Source of the DNA: Oscillospiraceae bacterium
GTDB taxonomy: Bacteria; Bacillota; Clostridia; Oscillospirales; Ruminococcaceae
Direction of reading: 5' to 3'
Length of the DNA stretch: 40,000 nucleotides
NCBI GenBank assembly: GCA_045602925.1
Contig: JAZSCN010000041.1
Span: forward strand, 144,290 to 184,289
The stretch's first letter is position 1; each line of letters begins with the position of its first letter. This document shows, piece by piece, positions 34,981-40,000 of the stretch. Made by a program: the position numbers and the translations under genes. The notes below the pieces were generated by a model. That model ran no database searches. It saw only the letters and a list, made by a program, of their open reading frames with translations, and was not told where the DNA came from.

Positions 34981-35664
34981 ATGGAAAAGATTTATACAGG
35001 CAAGACAAAGGACGTTTACAAGCTTGACAATGGCAACGTTATGCTCAAGTTTAAGGATGATTGCACAGGTAAGGACGGAGTTTTTGACCCAGGCGAGAAC
35101 ACAGTTGGTCTTACTATTGATGGTATCGGCAAGGCTAACCTTGAGACTTCTATTCACTACTTCGAACTTCTTAAGGATGCAGGCATCAAGACTCACTATG
35201 TAGGTGCTGATGTTGAAAACGCTACTATGGAGGTACTTCCTGCTACAGTATTCGGTCATGGTCTTGAAGTTATCTGCCGTCTTGTTGCTACAGGTAGCTT
35301 TATCAGAAGATACGGCGAATACATTGAAGATGGCACAGTTCTTGAGGGTGGATATGTTGAATGCACATTCAAGAATGACGCTAAGGGCGACCCACTTGTT
35401 ACAGGTGAAGGTCTTGCTGCACTTGGTGTTATGACTCCTGCAATGTTCGAGAGCATGAAGGAACAGACACTCAAGATTACAAAGATTGTTGCTGATGACT
35501 TAAAGTCTATCGGTCTTGACCTTTGGGATATCAAGTTTGAGTTCGGTTACAACAATGACGAAGTTATCCTCATTGACGAAATTGCTTCCGGCAATATGCG
35601 TGTATACAAGGATGGCACAATCGTTGACCCTGTTGAGCTCACAAAGCTTATTCTTAACAGATAA
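34981..35664 (+). CDS. purC: Phosphoribosylaminoimidazole-succinocarboxamide (SAICAR) synthase
   Basis: [15 protein letters not shown]...LKFKDD...; DIKFEFG motif. Confidence 0.9.
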   Translation: MEKIYTGKTKDVYKLDNGNVMLKFKDDCTGKDGVFDPGENTVGLTIDGIGKANLETSIHYFELLKDAGIKTHYVGADVENATMEVLPATVFGHGLEVICRLVATGSFIRRYGEYIEDGTVLEGGYVECTFKNDAKGDPLVTGEGLAALGVMTPAMFESMKEQTLKITKIVADDLKSIGLDLWDIKFEFGYNNDEVILIDEIASGNMRVYKDGTIVDPVELTKLILNR

Positions 35665-35679
35665 TTGATTGCATAACTT

Positions 35680-35719
35680 AAGGCACTTCTGAGAAATCAG
35701 GAGTGCCTTGTTTGTTTTA
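35680..35719. terminator. Bidirectional terminator between purC and the MATE gene
   Basis: AAGGCACT / AGTGCCTT stem followed by GTTTGTTTT. Confidence 0.65.
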
Positions 35720-37129
35720 TTCTGTAATATTTTTCTTTGTTTCGACAAGATTTTGGAGCCACACGTTACTTTTAACCATAAAGAAGCCGATTATAACCTT
35801 GACAAGCTCTGTAAACTGGACTATAAAGAACACGGTTACTATGCCGAGGGTTGTATGCTTTGAGAGAATATATGCGAGTGGTATGAGCAAGCACCATGAA
35901 TAGACGCTATCGAAGACAAAGGTTATTGCAGTTTTTCCACCTGAGCGAAGTGTGAAGTATGTACTATGCGAGAACGCGCACAGTGGCATTGCGAGGGCTG
36001 AGATAAGGATAAAGTCGGTTGCTAAATCCTTAACCACCTGCTCGGTTTTATAGATATCAGGAAAGAATCCACCGACGAGCGTCATAATTACAGATACGCC
36101 TGTACAGGCTACGACGCTAAAGAAAATCATTTTATTATCGGCGTCCTTAGCTTCCTTGAGTCTACCTGCTCCGAGATACTGACCGACGATTACTGATATA
36201 CAGCAGCCGAGCTGGACATATACGACATTAAATAGGTTTGTGATTGTAGAAGATATATTCTGTGCGGCTACTACCTCGAGGCCTCTATACGAATAGCACT
36301 TTGCGATAGCTGCCATACCCATTGCCCACAAAAGCTCATTACAAAGAAGTGGTACGCCTTTTTGCAAAATCTTATAGAACACAGCTTTTGGAATTTTCAG
36401 GCTATCGTAGGCGCCTATGATAAACTCGTTCTTATGCTTATTCCAATGAGTCCAGACAATGACTATTACACACTCTAAGACTCTGGCTATAACTGTAGCT
36501 ATGGCTGCTCCCTTGACGCCGAGCTTTGGCATACCAAGCTTTCCGAAAATGAGGATATAGTCGAGGAACAGGTTCGCTACAACTGCTATCACAGATGCGA
36601 GCATTGGGACAAAGGTTTTGCCGGTTTCTCTTATTGTGCTCACATACACCTGGCAAATACCAAACGGCAACAGTGACAAAAGCATAATTCTGAGATACTG
36701 CTCGCCGAACTTTAAGGCAAGCTCGATATCACCGACCTCTGATGAGTCGTTAAGATATAGTGAGATAAGCCAATCGCCATTAAACAAAAACAGCAAGAAG
36801 GCAAGCACGACGACAAAGAGCCCGGCATAAATTTTAAATCTAAAGGCATATGTTTGGCCTTCCTTATCGCCCTTACCAAAATACTGGGCAAAGAAAATTC
36901 CTGCACCTGCGACGCTACCGAATATGCCGATATTGAAAACAAACATGAGCTGGTTAACGATTGCAACGCCGGACATTTGCTCTGTGCCGATTTGTCCGAC
37001 CATTATATTATCAAGAAAGCTAACGAAGCTTGTTATTGCGTTCTGGACTATCATAGGTATGGCGATAGTCAGCACCTTACGATAGAAATTTCTATCACCT
37101 ATGAATTTCTCTTTAAACCTAGAAAACAT
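35717..37129 (-). CDS. MATE family efflux transporter
   Basis: 470 aa with 12 TM helices. N-terminal FYRKVLTIAIPMIVQNAITSFVSFLDNIMVGQIG is typical of MATE. Confidence 0.88.
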   Translation of the reverse strand: MFSRFKEKFIGDRNFYRKVLTIAIPMIVQNAITSFVSFLDNIMVGQIGTEQMSGVAIVNQLMFVFNIGIFGSVAGAGIFFAQYFGKGDKEGQTYAFRFKIYAGLFVVVLAFLLFLFNGDWLISLYLNDSSEVGDIELALKFGEQYLRIMLLSLLPFGICQVYVSTIRETGKTFVPMLASVIAVVANLFLDYILIFGKLGMPKLGVKGAAIATVIARVLECVIVIVWTHWNKHKNEFIIGAYDSLKIPKAVFYKILQKGVPLLCNELLWAMGMAAIAKCYSYRGLEVVAAQNISSTITNLFNVVYVQLGCCISVIVGQYLGAGRLKEAKDADNKMIFFSVVACTGVSVIMTLVGGFFPDIYKTEQVVKDLATDFILISALAMPLCAFSHSTYFTLRSGGKTAITFVFDSVYSWCLLIPLAYILSKHTTLGIVTVFFIVQFTELVKVIIGFFMVKSNVWLQNLVETKKNITE

Positions 37130-37248
37130 AAATACCCCTCTTAGTTGTATTATCTCAAAAAATTATACAACAAAGAGAGGTTATTGTCAATTAGCAAGTT
37201 TACTTGATTTAGCACAAATTTACATCGAATAATCGACAGTTTTGCTAC

Positions 37249-37818
37249 TTAATCGTCATTTTTCTTATAGAGCACCTTTTGGGCTACGTCGATTCTCTCA
37301 TAGCTGACCTTATAACAGAAATGGCAGGTTGCGACAAGCAAAAGTGGGAGCAGTCCTATAAAAATCATTCTTGTCATCGGGATATCGGAAGCGGTAGTTT
37401 TTGTGCTTGCGAAAAGCTCTAAAATTGGGAAGTACGGCGAGTTAATAAGCTTAAACCAGCCAAGGAAGTTCCCGACGACACCGAGCTTTGAGCACCAGAG
37501 CACGACATATGTAATATAGTACGGGATTGCAGTCAGCGTGCCGAGTGTCAAGCCGAGCTTGGGGCGTTCTTTTTCGTTATGGAGTCTGACGTTTCCGCCT
37601 ATTTTTCCACCTAGCTTTAGGAAATAGTCGGCAAATATACAAAGCATACAACCGAGTGAAGAAACTCCGAATATTATGCTGGCAAACGCTCCGAGTGCTT
37701 TATACATAAAGACAAAGAAAAGAGCGAAGCTAAAGCCGATAAACCACGAGCCTACAAATCTTCCTAAGACCTGGAGGTACGAACGTTTCACGAGCTGTGA
37801 ATTGTTTAAAAGTGCCAT
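37249..37818 (-). CDS. Hypothetical polytopic membrane protein
   Basis: 189 aa with ~5 TM helices. Confidence 0.6.
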   Translation of the reverse strand: MALLNNSQLVKRSYLQVLGRFVGSWFIGFSFALFFVFMYKALGAFASIIFGVSSLGCMLCIFADYFLKLGGKIGGNVRLHNEKERPKLGLTLGTLTAIPYYITYVVLWCSKLGVVGNFLGWFKLINSPYFPILELFASTKTTASDIPMTRMIFIGLLPLLLVATCHFCYKVSYERIDVAQKVLYKKNDD

Positions 37819-37923
37819 AATTTAATCCTTTCAAAAGGCAACATGGCATTGCCTTATGGTATAATTTATTTTGGATATATGCTTTCATTCGACAAATAAT
37901 ATTAAAAAGAAAGGAATGATAGC

Positions 37924-38112
37924 ATGAAAACAAAGCACACTCAGTCTGCCTTTGACGGAACAAAGATATACTGTCCTAGACGCAGTGTTCATCCTGAGGG
38001 CATTACAAACATTATCACAGACAACTACACTGCACAAAACGGCAGGGTTTACAACGTCAGTGAAGAAAATGTCATTTGTGCCAAGCACAGAGTTGACGAA
38101 AACAAAAAGTAG
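37924..38112 (+). CDS. Hypothetical small protein (62 aa)
   Basis: AAAGGAA SD-like sequence upstream. No recognisable motif. Confidence 0.35.
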   Translation: MKTKHTQSAFDGTKIYCPRRSVHPEGITNIITDNYTAQNGRVYNVSEENVICAKHRVDENKK

Positions 38113-38153
38113 CTTATTATAGGTCGGTAAAGTTGCGTTGTCTTCTTGCCGAC

Positions 38154-39332
38154 TTATTTTTTAAGCGGGCTGACTGTTCTTTCTAAGATGCCATTCATAT
38201 ATGCAATAAGTGTACCATAGTTAGTTATTGGGACATTCTGTGCTTTTGCTGATTTATAGCGATATGCGACTTCTCTTTCTGAGAGCATACAGCCTCCACA
38301 ATGCACTATAAGCTTATACCTAGAGAGGTCTGTAGGAAAGTCATTTCCACTTGAAAACTCGAAGGAAAGCTCCTTGCCCGTATGCTTTTTAATCCAATTA
38401 GGAAGCTTTACAGAGCCTATATCCTTACACTGTCTATGGTGGGTACAGCCTTCTGCCATAAGCACCACGTCGCCATCCTCAAGCTTTTCTATTGACATAA
38501 CTGCGTCATATGCAAGACTTAGTATGCCCTTAAATCTAGCCATCAAGATAGAAAATGATGTCAGTGAGATATCCTCGGGGAGCATATTAGATACCTCGGC
38601 AAACGCTTGGGAATCGGTAATGACGAGTTTTGGTTTTACTGCAAGCTTGGAAATTGTTTCGGTCAAGGTTTCTGGCTTTGTACAGATAGGGACTGCACCA
38701 CAATCTAGGGCATCTCTTATAACCTGCTGTTGAGGAAGGATAAGTCTACCTTTTGGGGCTGACTCATCTATTGGGATAACAAGGACTATTACATCGCCTT
38801 TTTCCAAGAGGTCGCTAACAAGATAGCTTTGGTTCTCTTCCGGCATGGCGAGTGTAAGGGCTTTTTTAAGCTCGTCTATCCCCTTACCTGTGAGTGAGCT
38901 TACAGATATATAGCCATCCTTTGATTCAAAGCAATTATTAACGTCACATTTTGTTCTGACCTTAACGAGTGGTATATTCATTTGTGCGATACGAAAAAGC
39001 AGTTTAGCATCCTCGTCGGTAATGTCTTCTCCATCTGGAATAACAAAAACTGCGATATCGGTTTTTGTGAGCGTTGAGAGAGATTTTTCGACTCTCATTT
39101 TGCCAAGCTCGCCGACATCATCGATACCGGCTGTATCGGTAATAACAACGGGGCCGAGCGGCAAAAGCTCCATAGCCTTAGACACGGGGTCTGTAGTTGT
39201 TCCTGCTACATCAGACACAATAGCGAGGCTTTGACCTGTGAGTGCATTGATGAGGCTGGACTTACCTGCATTTCTTCTGCCAAAGATACCTATATGGATT
39301 CTATTGGCAAGTGGGGTTGAGTTAAGGCTCAT
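38154..39332 (-). CDS. hydF: [FeFe]-hydrogenase maturation GTPase HydF
   Basis: G1 motif GRRNAGKSS, DTAG, TKCD, and C-terminal CTHHRQC...HCGGC FeS ligands. Confidence 0.9.
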   Translation of the reverse strand: MSLNSTPLANRIHIGIFGRRNAGKSSLINALTGQSLAIVSDVAGTTTDPVSKAMELLPLGPVVITDTAGIDDVGELGKMRVEKSLSTLTKTDIAVFVIPDGEDITDEDAKLLFRIAQMNIPLVKVRTKCDVNNCFESKDGYISVSSLTGKGIDELKKALTLAMPEENQSYLVSDLLEKGDVIVLVIPIDESAPKGRLILPQQQVIRDALDCGAVPICTKPETLTETISKLAVKPKLVITDSQAFAEVSNMLPEDISLTSFSILMARFKGILSLAYDAVMSIEKLEDGDVVLMAEGCTHHRQCKDIGSVKLPNWIKKHTGKELSFEFSSGNDFPTDLSRYKLIVHCGGCMLSEREVAYRYKSAKAQNVPITNYGTLIAYMNGILERTVSPLKK

Positions 39333-39347
39333 TTATTGCACCTCTTT

Positions 39348-40000
39348 TTATACGGCAGTAAAGCCGAGCTTTACTATTTTATTTCTTATAGAAGCTATCG
39401 TTTTTTCTGGTTCCTCGAACTCTAGCTCCTTATTATAGAGGCACTTAGGCTCGAAGGCAGCCTCACTATCGAGTGACACGGTCACGACATTTGCGCCGTA
39501 TGTAATAGCTTTCTTTCTGCCCTTTTCGAGAAGAATATCGAGAGCTTCGTTTGCCACGATATCTGCATCAGGGCATATAAGTCTTAGCATTGCAATCATA
39601 AACAAGGTCTTATCAGCTTTTCCCGGTTTAAACTTTGCAAGCGGTGTATCGGGGTGTGGGATAAATGGTGAGATATCGATACATTTTGCACCTATTTCCT
39701 TGATATATTTAAGGTTAGCTGCGTTTAAATCGTTACTACCGAATGGTGCGCCCACTAAGAAGCCTGTTCCCATATTGAAGCCGACCTGCTTTAGATAAGC
39801 GATACAGATTTGTCTATTATCGATAGAGCCTGTTGGACAGAGTCTTGAATAGCCTTCAGAATCTGAGGATTCAAATCTAAGGTTATATCCCTGTGCGCCT
39901 GCTCTGAAATACGAGAGATAGCTGGAATACTTCTTCTCGCCGAGTGAAAGCTCTAAGGTTGCGTCGGGATAGCTTTCTTTGATAGCAGTAATAATGCTAC
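39348..40000 (-). CDS. hydE: [FeFe]-hydrogenase maturase HydE (radical SAM), C-terminal part; gene continues past the window end
   Basis: ISPFIPHPDTPL and ...GANVVTVSL... motifs. The frame stays open upstream of the internal Met to position 40000. Confidence 0.75.
   Translation of the reverse strand, partial: SIITAIKESYPDATLELSLGEKKYSSYLSYFRAGAQGYNLRFESSDSEGYSRLCPTGSIDNRQICIAYLKQVGFNMGTGFLVGAPFGSNDLNAANLKYIKEIGAKCIDISPFIPHPDTPLAKFKPGKADKTLFMIAMLRLICPDADIVANEALDILLEKGRKKAITYGANVVTVSLDSEAAFEPKCLYNKELEFEEPEKTIASIRNKIVKLGFTAV

Noticed and set aside
38154-40000. hydE-hydF without hydG as an incomplete maturation cluster
   Set aside because: hydE runs off the window edge and hydG is often unlinked, so its absence from this window says nothing.

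Overview
The window looks like chromosomal DNA from a low-GC Gram-positive anaerobe. I infer Clostridia, possibly Ruminococcus-like, from a GH5 cellulase, Thr-rich linkers, hydE/hydF, strong AGGAGG Shine-Dalgarno (SD) sites and many hairpin terminators. Most genes are ordinary: rplM-rpsI, malic enzyme, D-LDH, proC, purC, putP, SulP, MATE, DegV, tRNA-Leu(CAA). The main accessory feature is a ~6.9-kb island at 10260-17190, bounded by an 18-bp direct repeat that duplicates the 3' end of rpsI. It carries a tyrosine integrase, a small HTH/Xis-like gene, a PrimPol+VirE-type replicase, an iteron-flanked AT-rich ori candidate, a TerS-like HTH protein, a lipoprotein and four tandem small genes sharing an N-terminal motif. 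It has no virion or conjugation genes and no obvious repressor. Its operon sits behind a consensus promoter and a ~365-nt leader with two tandem intrinsic terminators. I read it as a helper-dependent satellite or mobilizable island with an uncharacterised accessory module. Other points worth a second look:
- a PASTA receptor pseudokinase that has lost its catalytic residues
- a solitary MazF toxin with no adjacent antitoxin
- a CheY plus (MshEN-like x4)-CheX operon
- a promoter-to-terminator structured RNA at 17244-17500
- palindromic operators upstream of DegV
- a uORF-coupled GH5 gene
- an NPQTG-anchored poly-Thr surface protein
All functions were assigned by eye from motifs; no searches were run.
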